NCBI GenBank assembly: GCA_963755715.1
Contig: CAVWLW010000026.1
Span: forward strand, 64,001 to 128,000
DNA from: an uncultured delta proteobacterium
GTDB taxonomy: Bacteria; Desulfobacterota; Binatia; UBA9968
Direction of reading: 5' to 3'
DNA length: 64,000 nt
Under the pieces are notes generated by a model. That model ran no database searches. It was not told the origin of the DNA and saw nothing but the letters and a program-made list of their open reading frames with translations. Position 1 is the first letter of the stretch. Each line of letters opens with the position of its first letter. Of the stretch, positions 9,842 through 19,671 are shown piece after piece. Position numbers and translations under genes: made by a program.

Positions 9842-10882
9842 TTATTTATAGAGGCTGTCGATGAACCCGCTTTTGTCGAGCTTCTGGATGATTGAAGGGT
9901 CCGCTACGTCTTCGAATTTCAGGCTCGCCGCCTTGGGAATCTCCTTCCCTACTTCGGCAATGATGGTTTGCAAGCCATCGCGAAACGGATGCGGCTTTTT
10001 GAGAACATAGAAGCGGGTAAGATCTTCATAAGCTCCTTCGGCCTCCTGAGTTGTCTTCAAGCCCAGTTGTGTCTTCAGAAGCTCCGTGACGGCGACGCGG
10101 TTAGCGGGGTTCAGAACATAAGCATTCGCTTGGAGCAGCGCCTTCATGACTCGCTCGACCGTGTCCTGCTTGGTTTCGAGGTATTTTTTTGAGGTCACCA
10201 GATCGTCTTGTTCCCAGGGGATCTTCAGAGTTCGCAGGTCAGCAAGAATATTGAGATTCAACTGCTCAATTCTACCGCGAAACTCCGGGCCGACGACCGT
10301 GCCAGCAAGCGCTCCCGCGGCCAACCCGGCGATTCGCTCCGGCTCTGCTCCCGCAGCCACAAGCGTGATTTGATCTCGCTTTAAGTCCAAACCCATCTTA
10401 CTCAAGGCCACCATGAGTGCGAGGCGAGAAGCAGACAGGCCCAGACCGGAGGATCCCACTCGCTTCCCTTTCAAATCGGCGACGGACTTCACCTCGCGAG
10501 ACCCCACTAAGTAATAGGGCATGATCGTCGTGATCGCCATAATTTCGACGAGTGGAGCGCCGGCCGCAATCGCGGAGACGGTTGAGGTTGGGTCTGTATA
10601 GCCGATGTCTACACCGCCACTGAGCATCGCCTGAGTCCCTTGAGTCCCGCCGGCGAGTTTAAGAACCTTGATATCTATCCCGTTCTTTTTAAAAAAGCCT
10701 TCTTTTTCGGCGACCCACAGCGACGCCACACGCGCATTAACGAACCCAACTCCCATGCTCACCTCAGTCATCTGAGCCGCGGCTTCCGTCTGAAGAAAAT
10801 TTAGAGTGAGCACGATGGCTAGCGCACATGTTGGTTTTATTTGCCGATACTTGTTCCAGCGCATGGCGTTATTCACCTTCAA
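9842..10882 (-). CDS. ABC transporter SBP, NitT/TauT (SsuA/THI5-like) family
   Basis: Signal peptide; 'WVAEKEGFFKKNGID', 'DLKGKRVG', C-terminal 'LDKSGFIDSLYK'. Confidence 0.88.
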   Translation of the reverse strand: MKVNNAMRWNKYRQIKPTCALAIVLTLNFLQTEAAAQMTEVSMGVGFVNARVASLWVAEKEGFFKKNGIDIKVLKLAGGTQGTQAMLSGGVDIGYTDPTSTVSAIAAGAPLVEIMAITTIMPYYLVGSREVKSVADLKGKRVGSSGLGLSASRLALMVALSKMGLDLKRDQITLVAAGAEPERIAGLAAGALAGTVVGPEFRGRIEQLNLNILADLRTLKIPWEQDDLVTSKKYLETKQDTVERVMKALLQANAYVLNPANRVAVTELLKTQLGLKTTQEAEGAYEDLTRFYVLKKPHPFRDGLQTIIAEVGKEIPKAASLKFEDVADPSIIQKLDKSGFIDSLYK

Positions 10883-11011
10883 TTAGCCTCCCTGTGGTAA
10901 TTGCGAAGCATTCTCCCGTCGCTTTGAACACGAACCGTATACTACGCTAACGGTTGCTTAACACAACGAGACTTCTTCCAGTTAAGCGTGGAGGCGCCAA
11001 TTTCACGCAGG

Positions 11012-11977
11012 TTAATTTTTTCTTCGCCCCAACGCTTTTTCGACGAAGCTGAAATCGAACACCTGGCTCGGCGGCACTTCTTTCGTCACTGCCAAACTTT
11101 TCTTGGTGAAATCGATCGCGCCGCGCATCCAGGCGTCATCCAAGTAACTAAGCCCGCCGAGGCGGCTTAGATGAAGATCGTAGACTTCTCCGGCCAAGGT
11201 GAGATCTTTGACGCCCAGATATTTTGAGATGATGTCGATGGACTCGGGGCGATGCTGCGAATAGTATTGCAGCCCTTTCAGACTGGCTTTGACGAAGGCG
11301 AGGACTTCGGCCGGATTGTTTTTGATCTTTTCTTCCGTCGCGCCGACGCCGCCCGACGGATAACTGGCGAGATAATCTCCCGAGTACGCGAGCCGGCTGA
11401 AACCTTCACGGTAAAGAATCACCTGGCGCGGCGGGCTGAGCAGACAGGCGGCGATGAGTCCGGTTCTGAGCGCCGTCGCCAATTCCTCGGGCGTGCCGAT
11501 CACGATCGAAGTCACGTCTTTATTCGGCGTTAGCCCGTGCTTGGTGAGAATCAATTGTGTCAACAGATCGACCGCGCCGCCGCGCGAAGAGATGCCGACA
11601 ACTTTGCCCTTGAGCTGCGCGACCGATTTGAGATCCGGCTGGCCGACAAGATCGAACTGCGGCTTCGCGTTGACGATCAAAACGAGCCGCACCGGCGCGC
11701 CACGCACGCCGGCGGCGATAATCGATCCGGCGGCAGAAGCGTAATCGACCGAGCCGCCGATCAACGCCTGCATGCCAACTGAGCCGCGTATGAGAACCGT
11801 TTCAAGGTCGAGCCCTTCCTCGCGATAAAAACCTTTCATCTGCGCGATGCGGAATTGCATCTCGGTCACGGCGATGGAGCTCGTCGAAAAGCGAATCTTC
11901 TTGAGCTGCGCCGAAACAGGACCGGAGGTAACAATAGAAATAATCAGCGTAGCGATTGCAGCAGCAGTTCGTTTCAT
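11012..11977 (-). CDS. ABC transporter SBP, NitT/TauT family
   Basis: Signal peptide; 'KGFYREEGLDLE', 'LKGKVVGIS', 'QVFDFSFVEKA'. Confidence 0.88.
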   Translation of the reverse strand: MKRTAAAIATLIISIVTSGPVSAQLKKIRFSTSSIAVTEMQFRIAQMKGFYREEGLDLETVLIRGSVGMQALIGGSVDYASAAGSIIAAGVRGAPVRLVLIVNAKPQFDLVGQPDLKSVAQLKGKVVGISSRGGAVDLLTQLILTKHGLTPNKDVTSIVIGTPEELATALRTGLIAACLLSPPRQVILYREGFSRLAYSGDYLASYPSGGVGATEEKIKNNPAEVLAFVKASLKGLQYYSQHRPESIDIISKYLGVKDLTLAGEVYDLHLSRLGGLSYLDDAWMRGAIDFTKKSLAVTKEVPPSQVFDFSFVEKALGRRKN

Positions 11978-12191
11978 GTTCGGACTGTCTCCGTCGAATG
12001 GTTTCGAGGCGTTGCACTTCTTCGCACAAGCGCGGAGCCTAGCAAGCCGCTCCCCTTCCGGTCAATCCTCTTAAACGTCTGGAATCGACTGGAACGTTTG
12101 GAACACGTTTCCTTGGTTCTTTATGACTTGACAACGCCGATGCGCCTAACTTAGAAGGTAGGTAAATCACAGATCGCAAAGGAGCGCCGCC

Positions 12192-13004
12192 ATGATCGCC
12201 AAAATCCGCCACGTCGCCACCCATACCGAGCACTACGATAAAGAGTGCAAATTCTATCAAACGATTTTCGGCATGAAGCAGATCACCACCGGGTTGGTGG
12301 ACGAGAACGGCAAGTCTAACCCGGACCGCGGCCACATTAGTGACGGCGTCATCGGCATGGCACTTCTGGCAAAGCGGGCCGGAAGTCAGGCGGGCATCGA
12401 CCACTTCGGCTTCGAAGTCGACGATGTCGGCGAAGCAGTCAACCGTCTGAACCGATTATATCCTGACTTTCTGCACACAAGAGCCTTGACTTACGTCCCG
12501 TTCGCCGGCACTCGCGCGCAAGATCCGACGGGAACGCAATTCGATTTATCGCAAAAGGGCCAGGAGAACGTCCGCGAAGGTTATCTCGCGGACGGCTGGG
12601 AGCAGCCGCGCTGGCTCAATCACATCGCTCTGCGCGCGCGCAAGCCGGAGGAAGTCGCCGAATTCTATACCAAAGTCTTGGAGCTGAAAGGCGTCGAGGA
12701 AGCCGGCGAGGAAGGCTCGATCACCCTCACCGACGGAAAAGTCCGTCTCATTATTCGTCGATGTCACAACGGCTATTATCGCAGCTTGAGGCAGGGCTTC
12801 GACCACATCGGTTTCAACGTGGAGAGCGTCGAAAAGACCAAGAAAGACTTAGATGAGATCGCCGCCAAACATCCCGAGTGTGCGCCGAAAAAAATCGGCG
12901 GCGGACCGCAGAGCGGCGGGCTGGTGAAAGACATGGACGCTTGTCCCATCGGTCAACACGCTTTCGCCGATCCCGACGGCATACTGCTGGATATCTCAGA
13001 GTAA
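12192..13004 (+). CDS. Two-domain VOC (glyoxalase/extradiol dioxygenase-like) protein
   Basis: Two repeats of 'RHVA/NHIA...FY...DHFGF/DHIGF...DP.G..(F/L)D(L/I)S'; RBS AAGGAG. Confidence 0.85.
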   Translation: MIAKIRHVATHTEHYDKECKFYQTIFGMKQITTGLVDENGKSNPDRGHISDGVIGMALLAKRAGSQAGIDHFGFEVDDVGEAVNRLNRLYPDFLHTRALTYVPFAGTRAQDPTGTQFDLSQKGQENVREGYLADGWEQPRWLNHIALRARKPEEVAEFYTKVLELKGVEEAGEEGSITLTDGKVRLIIRRCHNGYYRSLRQGFDHIGFNVESVEKTKKDLDEIAAKHPECAPKKIGGGPQSGGLVKDMDACPIGQHAFADPDGILLDISE

Positions 13005-13043
13005 CCAGACGACGAGGGTAGCGCCCTAATTCACAAGTTCGTG

Positions 13044-13257
13044 GGAAAAATCTCCCCTTTCCCCTCTTTTTAAAGAGGGGTTATTCTCTCGGCAAAGACC
13101 CTGCCCGGGAGATTTGAGTTCAACTTCATCTGCGGCCATGGTTTGGGGGTTAGCTTCTGAACCGTCACATTGGATGGTCAGCGGTTCCCGGACGATTTCG
13201 TACCGTGCCGGCCTGGCATTCCTCCCTTTGGCAAAGGGAGGTTAGGAGGGATTTTTT
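13044..13257. repeat. REPIN/MITE-like element with CCC(C/T)CTTT-AAAG(A/G)GG hairpin ends
   Basis: aaaaatctcccctttcccctctttttaaagaggg ... cctccctttggcaaagggaggttaggagggattttt in inverted orientation; another copy at about 55098-55135. Confidence 0.6.
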
Positions 13258-13266
13258 TAGACCCCG

Positions 13267-14392
13267 CTAGCGTTCGGTAGAACCACGAAACGCCGGCATA
13301 ACCTCATCGGCGAACAAGCGCAGGGAATTCATCGCCTGCTCCGTAGTCAGATTACCAAAGCAAAAAGACCCGACGAAGTAATTGCTGCCGGTGATCTCTA
13401 GATGCTTTTTCTACTTCTTCGCGCACCGTATCCGGAGCGCCGGCGATATAGAGTCCTTCGGCGCGACGCGCCTCGAAGTCGTCCAGATATTCTTTTCTCC
13501 GGTTATCGCCAACTTTTGATTGCAAGTAGCCGGTACGCTCGTTGAACTGTGCGAGCGCAGCCTTGGCTTCCTCCCAGGCTTGCGCATCTGTCTTACCAAC
13601 ATAGACATGCCGCGAAATGCCGTAAAGCGGCTCGGTCACATGCGCATTGAGGCGATTATGATCGTCCGCATGCTCTTTCCAAACGCGCCGATAGAGTTCG
13701 AACAGCTCGCGGATCGCCGGCATGGACTGGTAGTGTACCACCGTGTTGAATCCTTCTTGCGCCAACCATTGCATCGATTCGTTACTATTGGTCGGATACC
13801 AAAGCGGCGGATACGGGCGCTGGTAGGGCTCGATCTGCAGTTCCACGTTCTTGAAAGAAAAGTAACGGCCCTGGAACGCCAGCTTGCCACTGGCGAGAGC
13901 CGAAGTCATCGCGTCCAGCGCCTCGCGGAACATATCGCGCGACTGCTGCACGTCGATGTTGAAGAAGGACATCTCGATGGGCGAGATGCCCCGTCCCACA
14001 CCCACGTCGAGCCTGCCCCGGCTTAGGTTGTCGAGCATGCAGATCTCCTCGATCAGGCGCAGCGGATTATAGGCGGGCAGAACGTAAACCAAGGTGCCGA
14101 GACGGATGCGCGTGGTGCGCTGAGCGGCAGCCGCCAGAAAAATACTCGGCGACGGCGTCGTGTTCAGCGGCGAGCCATGATGTTCGGCGATGTGGTAGCA
14201 ATAAAAGCCCTTCTCTTCGGCGCATTCGATCAGCTTCAGGCGCTGCTCGTAAAGCTCGGGCAACGTTAACTGATTGCGATCGATCCAATCGAAGATACCG
14301 AACTTGATCGACGTTTTAAGTGGCGAGTCCGTAGTCTTATCCTTCGACTCGGTGATATTTCGCTCAATCCGTTTCGTGTCTTCAGATATCAC
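13267..14392 (-). CDS. LLM-class flavin-dependent oxidoreductase (luciferase-like monooxygenase); frameshift near 13405
   Basis: 'HIAEHH', 'AAQRTTRIRLGT', 'LDNLSRGRLDVGVGRG'; correcting the A-run gives 'SLRLFADEVMPAF' and a stop at 13267. Confidence 0.88.
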
Positions 14393-14516
14393 CGCTCTAA
14401 TTTACTCGGAATTCATAGCACATTCCGCACTCGCTCCGCGAGTAAGCCGGAAAAAGGTCGCGAACATTCTTTCTCGGTTAGCTGTTCTTCATCTCTCTAC
14501 ATTGAGGTCAGTGATC

Positions 14517-14636
14517 CTACCGGAATTCGCTAACAGCTTTTCGCGCAAAGATGAAGTCGGCGACTTCGAAGAATGAGACTCCGCGCGATCTCCTCAGCGC
14601 TTTTTTCGAGCTGGCGATGAGCTCTCCCATCGCGGC
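14517..14636 (-). pseudogene. 3' remnant of an SBP gene paralogous to 17546-18526
   Basis: Translates AAMGELIASSKKALRRSRGVSFFEVADFIFARKAVSEFR* versus DAMQEFIANAKEALKTSRDVSFAEVADFSFARRAVSELR*. Confidence 0.8.
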
Positions 14637-14763
14637 GCAGCGCTCAAGCGACCGCTTGGTAATTCATTGGGGTCACCTTGAAGAATGAGAACAGAGAAGT
14701 CGGCTCAAGTTGACATAAGCGCCCGCTATCGGATAGGGACAGAAACGTTCAAGCCGGCCAATC

Positions 14764-15534
14764 ATGGAAGTCATCGCCGTCAAGGAACTCTCGAAGCGCT
14801 ATTCTAGCCGTGATGGCAGCGTGCACGCGCTGCAGGAGATCAATTTCAAAGTGAACGAGGGTGAGTTTATCGCAGTCGTCGGACCGTCCGGCTGCGGAAA
14901 GTCCACGCTCCTCAAGATCCTGGCCGGCATCCTGCCTCCGTCGAACGGCGAGGTGCGCCTTCGCGGCACTCCCATCACGGGACCGCGCCGTGACATCGGC
15001 ATGGTCTTCCAGTCGCCCGTCTTGTTCCCCTGGCGGAGCGTGCTGGACAACGTGCTGCTGCCGGTCGATGTGCAGCGCCTCGGCCGCGACGGACATCTGA
15101 AGGTCGCGATGGACCTATTGAGCCTCGTCGGACTTGACGGGTTCGAGCGTCGCTACCCTTGGGAGCTTTCCGGCGGAATGCAGCAGAGGGTCGCCATCAC
15201 GCGCGCGCTCATCCACGATCCCGCGATGCTCTTGATGGACGAGCCGTTCGGCGCCCTCGACGCGATGACGCGCGAGCAGATGAATCTGGAGCTTCAGCGC
15301 ATCTGGCTTGAGCGCAAAAAGACCGTGATCTTCATCACCCATTCGATCCCTGAGGCGGTGTTCCTCGCCGACAGAGTTCTCGTTATGACGCCGCGTCCCG
15401 GCTGTATCATGGATGATGTGCAGGTAAAGATTCCACGTCCGCGCGCGTTGGAGGCCATGAACTTTCCCGAGTTCGCCCCCTACGTCCACTCCATCCGCGG
15501 ACGGTTCAACGCGAAGGGGATGATCGACGCATGA
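14764..15534 (+). CDS. ABC transporter ATP-binding protein (TauB/SsuB-like)
   Basis: Walker A GPSGCGKS, signature LSGGMQQR, Walker B LLMDEPFGALD. Confidence 0.95.
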   Translation: MEVIAVKELSKRYSSRDGSVHALQEINFKVNEGEFIAVVGPSGCGKSTLLKILAGILPPSNGEVRLRGTPITGPRRDIGMVFQSPVLFPWRSVLDNVLLPVDVQRLGRDGHLKVAMDLLSLVGLDGFERRYPWELSGGMQQRVAITRALIHDPAMLLMDEPFGALDAMTREQMNLELQRIWLERKKTVIFITHSIPEAVFLADRVLVMTPRPGCIMDDVQVKIPRPRALEAMNFPEFAPYVHSIRGRFNAKGMIDA

Positions 15535-16322
15535 AACGGTTTTGGAACGTCGCGCTCACGATACTCCTCTTTTGCTCTTCGATCCTCGCGTGGGAGCTGA
15601 TCGTTCGCGCTTTCGAGATACCGACGTTTATCTTCCCGGCTCCTTCGAAAGTAGCTATGGCGCTCTGGCGCGGCTTCGCCAGCGGGCTCTATCAGAAACA
15701 CCTCTATTACACGCTGCTCGAGACGGTGCTCGGCTTCCTGTTGGGCTCGGCGCTCGGGTTTTTCCTCGGCACCGCCGTGGCGCTCAATCGTTACGTCGAG
15801 TATTTCTTTTACCCGTACATCGTGATGTTCCAGTCGCTCCCCAAGGTGGCGCTTGCGCCTTTGATCGTGGTCTGGTTTGGACTTGGGCTAAAGTCCCAGG
15901 TGATCAATACCGCTCTCGTGGCTTTTTTTCCGCTGCTCGTCAACACGATGGTCGGGCTCAAGTCGGCCGACGAGGACCGGATGAACCTCATGCGCTCGCT
16001 CGCGGCCAGCGAGAACCAGATCTTCTGGATGCTCAGGCTGCCGAACGCTTTGCCGTTCGTCATGGCCGGGCTCGATGTTGCCATGATCTTCGCGCTAATC
16101 GGCGCGATCGTCGCCGAGTTCGTGGGAGCGCGGGCTGGGCTCGGGATGCTGATCCAAAGCATGAACTTTAACATGGATGTCTCTGGACAGTTTTCCGTGC
16201 TCCTAATACTCTCGATCGTGGGACTATTGCTCAACCGATGCATTCTTCTGATCCGCCGGCGAGTCCTCTTCTGGGACCCCTCGGAAAAGGAACGACTGGA
16301 ACGAGAAAGGATAGCCCTATGA
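15531..16322 (+). CDS. ABC transporter permease (TauC/SsuC-like)
   Basis: 'QSLPKVALAPLIVVWFGLG', 'GAIVAEFVGARAGLG'; ATGA overlaps with neighbours. Confidence 0.93.
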   Translation: MKRFWNVALTILLFCSSILAWELIVRAFEIPTFIFPAPSKVAMALWRGFASGLYQKHLYYTLLETVLGFLLGSALGFFLGTAVALNRYVEYFFYPYIVMFQSLPKVALAPLIVVWFGLGLKSQVINTALVAFFPLLVNTMVGLKSADEDRMNLMRSLAASENQIFWMLRLPNALPFVMAGLDVAMIFALIGAIVAEFVGARAGLGMLIQSMNFNMDVSGQFSVLLILSIVGLLLNRCILLIRRRVLFWDPSEKERLERERIAL

Positions 16323-17389
16323 AGCGAACCATCGTCGCACTCGTTACGTCCTTGCTGGTCGCGGCCTCGGGCGCGACCGTGCTGGCTCAAATGTCAAAGC
16401 TAAGGGTCGGCTTCTGTTCCCGGGTGATCTCCTCGGCCGCCGCGCCGTTTGCCGTCGCCACCAAGATGGGCTGGTACAAGGAAGACGACGTCGAGGTTGA
16501 GCTGGTGGCGTTGGCTGGCTCGGCAGACTGCGTCAAGACGGTCAGCACCAAGGAGATCCCGTTTGCACTTCCGAGCGTGGAGCCGCTCGCGGCCGCTCGC
16601 GCCCAGGGAATCAAAGCGAAAATCTTTTACACCGCTTACCAGGGAAACATCTACGGCATCGCGGTGCCGGCTGACAGTCTCATTCAGAAGATCACCGACC
16701 TCAAAGGAAAGAGTATCGGCGTCACCAACATGGGCACAGGCGGCGTGCCGGTCGCGAAGGCTCTGATCGCGACAGCCGGGATGAACCCGGATAAGGACGT
16801 CGCCATCGTGGTGGCGGGTGAGGGCGCGCAGACCGCCGCGATGCTCAGGAGCAAACAGGTGGACGCGCTTAGCCAGTTCGACACGCAGTACGCGATGGTC
16901 GAGAACGCCGGCGTCAAGCTGCGCCTTCTCGACACGAAAGAGATCGACCGGTATCCGTCTAACGGCTTTCTCGCGCTCGATGAGACGCTGGGCGCGCGTA
17001 AGAAGGATGCGGTCGGACTCGCGCGCGGCTATGCCAAAGGGACCATCTTCACCATCAACAATCCTGAGGCTGCGGTGCGCATCCTCTACGAGATTTTTCC
17101 AGAGCTAAAACCGACCGGCAAAGATGAGGCGACGGCGGTCAGGGACGACACCAAAGTATTGCAGGCGCGCATCACAAACTGGATGCTTGAAAAGGCCGGA
17201 GTGAAGCGCTGGGGGGAGAACTCCGAGGCCAACTACGCCGCGTATGCCGTCTTTCTACTCAAGTGGGGCGTGATTAAAGAGAAGGTCGACGCCAAGGATC
17301 TGATCACTAATGAGTTGATCGACGAGATCAACAAGTTTGACGCCGGCAAGATCATTTCCGAGGCCAAGGCCTACAAGCCCGTCAAATGA
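16319..17389 (+). CDS. ABC transporter SBP, NitT/TauT family
   Basis: Signal peptide from ATG 16319 (overlaps permease stop); 'DLKGKSIGV'. Confidence 0.9.
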   Translation: MKRTIVALVTSLLVAASGATVLAQMSKLRVGFCSRVISSAAAPFAVATKMGWYKEDDVEVELVALAGSADCVKTVSTKEIPFALPSVEPLAAARAQGIKAKIFYTAYQGNIYGIAVPADSLIQKITDLKGKSIGVTNMGTGGVPVAKALIATAGMNPDKDVAIVVAGEGAQTAAMLRSKQVDALSQFDTQYAMVENAGVKLRLLDTKEIDRYPSNGFLALDETLGARKKDAVGLARGYAKGTIFTINNPEAAVRILYEIFPELKPTGKDEATAVRDDTKVLQARITNWMLEKAGVKRWGENSEANYAAYAVFLLKWGVIKEKVDAKDLITNELIDEINKFDAGKIISEAKAYKPVK

Positions 17390-17545
17390 GCGGAAAAAAC
17401 TCTTCCAACTGACCTGACGTTCCGCCTCGAAAAGTTTTCGCGGCGTTGCGCAAATTTTTGACTGGCGCGGACCCTTGTGATTGAGTTTCATTTTCTTCTG
17501 CCCGTCTGGTATGTCACCTTTTCTCTACGGCGCGGATCACTGATC

Positions 17546-18526
17546 TTATCTCAATTCACTCACCGCTCGACGCGCAAAGCTGAAGTCGGCGACTTCCGCG
17601 AATGAAACGTCCCTCGATGTTTTGAGCGCCTCTTTGGCATTGGCGATGAACTCTTGCATCGCGTCGTCCGACACGATGCCCGTATCCGAGTAAAGCTTGA
17701 CGATTTCCTCATGGATCAACCCTGCCACTACGGGATCATGCACGCCCGATTCCTTGGCCAATAGTCTTGCGAATTCGATTCTTATTTTCCTTCAAAAACC
17801 GATTACCCAGGAGCGTCGCTTTGACCGTGCGCAGAATCATCTCCGGCTCGCCGCGGATTTTTTGCAAGGTCGTCACGAGGCCGCCCTGTGGCGTTTTGAT
17901 GAAATCGCGCAGCTGCACCAGTTCACGAAACCCCATCTTGACCGCCATCTTGTTGAAAGGCATCGACATGACGGTGCCATCGATTTGTCCCGCCTGCAGC
18001 GCGCTCAAGCGCAACGGATGATTGCCGTACAAGGCGCGCAGCTTGACGTCGGTCTCCGGCGTTAAGCCATATTTTCTCAAGCACGATTCGCGTGCCCACG
18101 TCGGTGAATTCGCCGATGCCGGAGACCGCTAGAGTTTTGCCCTTGAGATCCTCGACTCGGCGAATCTCCGGCCGCACCACGAGCGAAAAGTCCTGGCCGA
18201 CGGTCAAGGCCATCATCATTCGCAGCGGCAGGCCGCTCACGCTGGCGCGGGCACCGGACGCGAGCGCCGTGGAAAAATCCAGATCTCCGCTCATTAGCGC
18301 TTGCAGCGAGCTCGCTCGGACGCATGACGATCAACTCCGCATAAAGCCCTTGAGTCCGAAAAAATCCGTACGTTTGCGCCGCCGATAATCCCAAAGTGGT
18401 CGCGCCTCGGTTGGGCATGCCGATGCGGATTCTTTTCAGTCCGCCGCTTTCCTGGCTCCAGGCCGGCGGTGAAATAAGAATCAAAAGAATTACAAGAGCA
18501 CAGGCTCCGCAACTTTTCACGGTCAT
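17546..18526 (-). CDS. ABC transporter SBP, NitT/TauT family (about three frameshifts)
   Basis: Consecutive frames give signal peptide, 'GFFRTQGLYAE', 'EDLKGKTLAVS', 'ALQAGQIDG', 'EVADFSFARRA'. Confidence 0.8.
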
Positions 18527-18624
18527 GCTCCCGCCTCTTAACCCAAACGGCGGATTTTTCCAACACGTTGACGGCAGCGGCGGCGCGGTGCTAACGTCCT
18601 ACGCAGCAAGACAGAGTCACGAAT

Positions 18625-18706
18625 GTCATCCTGAGGTGAAACCGAAGGATCCCGTCTTTTGAATTAGGGCTTCGGTCGAGATTCTTCACCCGCGGCTCAG
18701 AATGAC
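18625..18706. repeat. GTCAT(C/T)CTGAG-type REP doublet
   Basis: gtcatcctgaggtgaaaccgaaggatcc ... agattcttcacccgcggctcagaatgac; related half-sites at 35486-35511 and about 37508-37533. Confidence 0.65.
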
Positions 18707-18757
18707 GTACTCGGTAACTTCGAGATCGGAACATCGCCTGAAAAGGAGGTAGCGAAC

Positions 18758-19546
18758 ATGAACTCACAGATTCGTTATCTCGGCGATCGTCAGCGAGCAA
18801 CCCGAAACCCTGGCAAACTTTTACTCCACCTATTTTAAGATGCGCGAGCTTGGCCGTTCCGACGACGGAGATGTCGCGGTCACCGATGGCTTTTACAATA
18901 TCTCGATCCTCAAGCAGCGCAGCGACGTCAGAAGAGACCGGCATCAGCCACTTCGGCATCACCATCGACGACATCGGTGCAGTCGAAGCGCGCATCAAAG
19001 AATTCGCGTCCGAACACGGACATTCGCAAAGAAGCAGGCGGACTTTTCCATGGAGACTATCGCGTCACCGATCCGAGCGGCCAATCGGTCACTCTCTCTA
19101 CCCATCAGTTCCACACACCCATCGTCGAACGCACATTCCCGTGCATCCGCCATCTCGCCGTGTGTGTGGCGAACAACGACGACGTGCTGGATTTTTATGT
19201 CAACGTCTTCGGCTTTCGCGAGTCGACGACCAGCAGACGGATTCGATCGGAAAACCGAGTTGTGCGCTGGGCCGCCGACGGTGCAACGGCGATGGCCATC
19301 CTGCCGGACCGAACCCGCCGCGACATGAACGAGAGAGAAAGCCCGCGCGATGGTCTAAATCACTTCGGCTGGCTGGTAAACAACATCGAGCCGTTTCTGA
19401 ATTCACTTCCCGAAGGCTGCGTCAGTCAGCGCCCCAGCAGCCGTCCCATGGCCGAGTACCGCGGCTTCGACCCCGATCACAACCCGTTCGACATCTCGCA
19501 AGACAAAGGTTACGAGATCGACGTCGACCGGTGGGTGCACGGATAA
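18758..19546 (+). CDS. Two-domain VOC family protein (frameshifted), paralog of 12192-13004
   Basis: RBS AAGGAGGT; 'QIRYL..', 'GISHFGITIDD', 'IRHLAV', 'GLNHFGW', 'DPDHNPFDIS'. Confidence 0.8.
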
Positions 19547-19671
19547 TTTTCCCATCGCCAGCGTAGTCACCGCCATTCCTTCAATCCGCGATGCAAGGCC
19601 TGGATTGCAACTTGTCGCGCCGGCGCTTCTTGCCGGGCGCGCGATCAGCGTACTCTTCTCAGCATTTTCGA

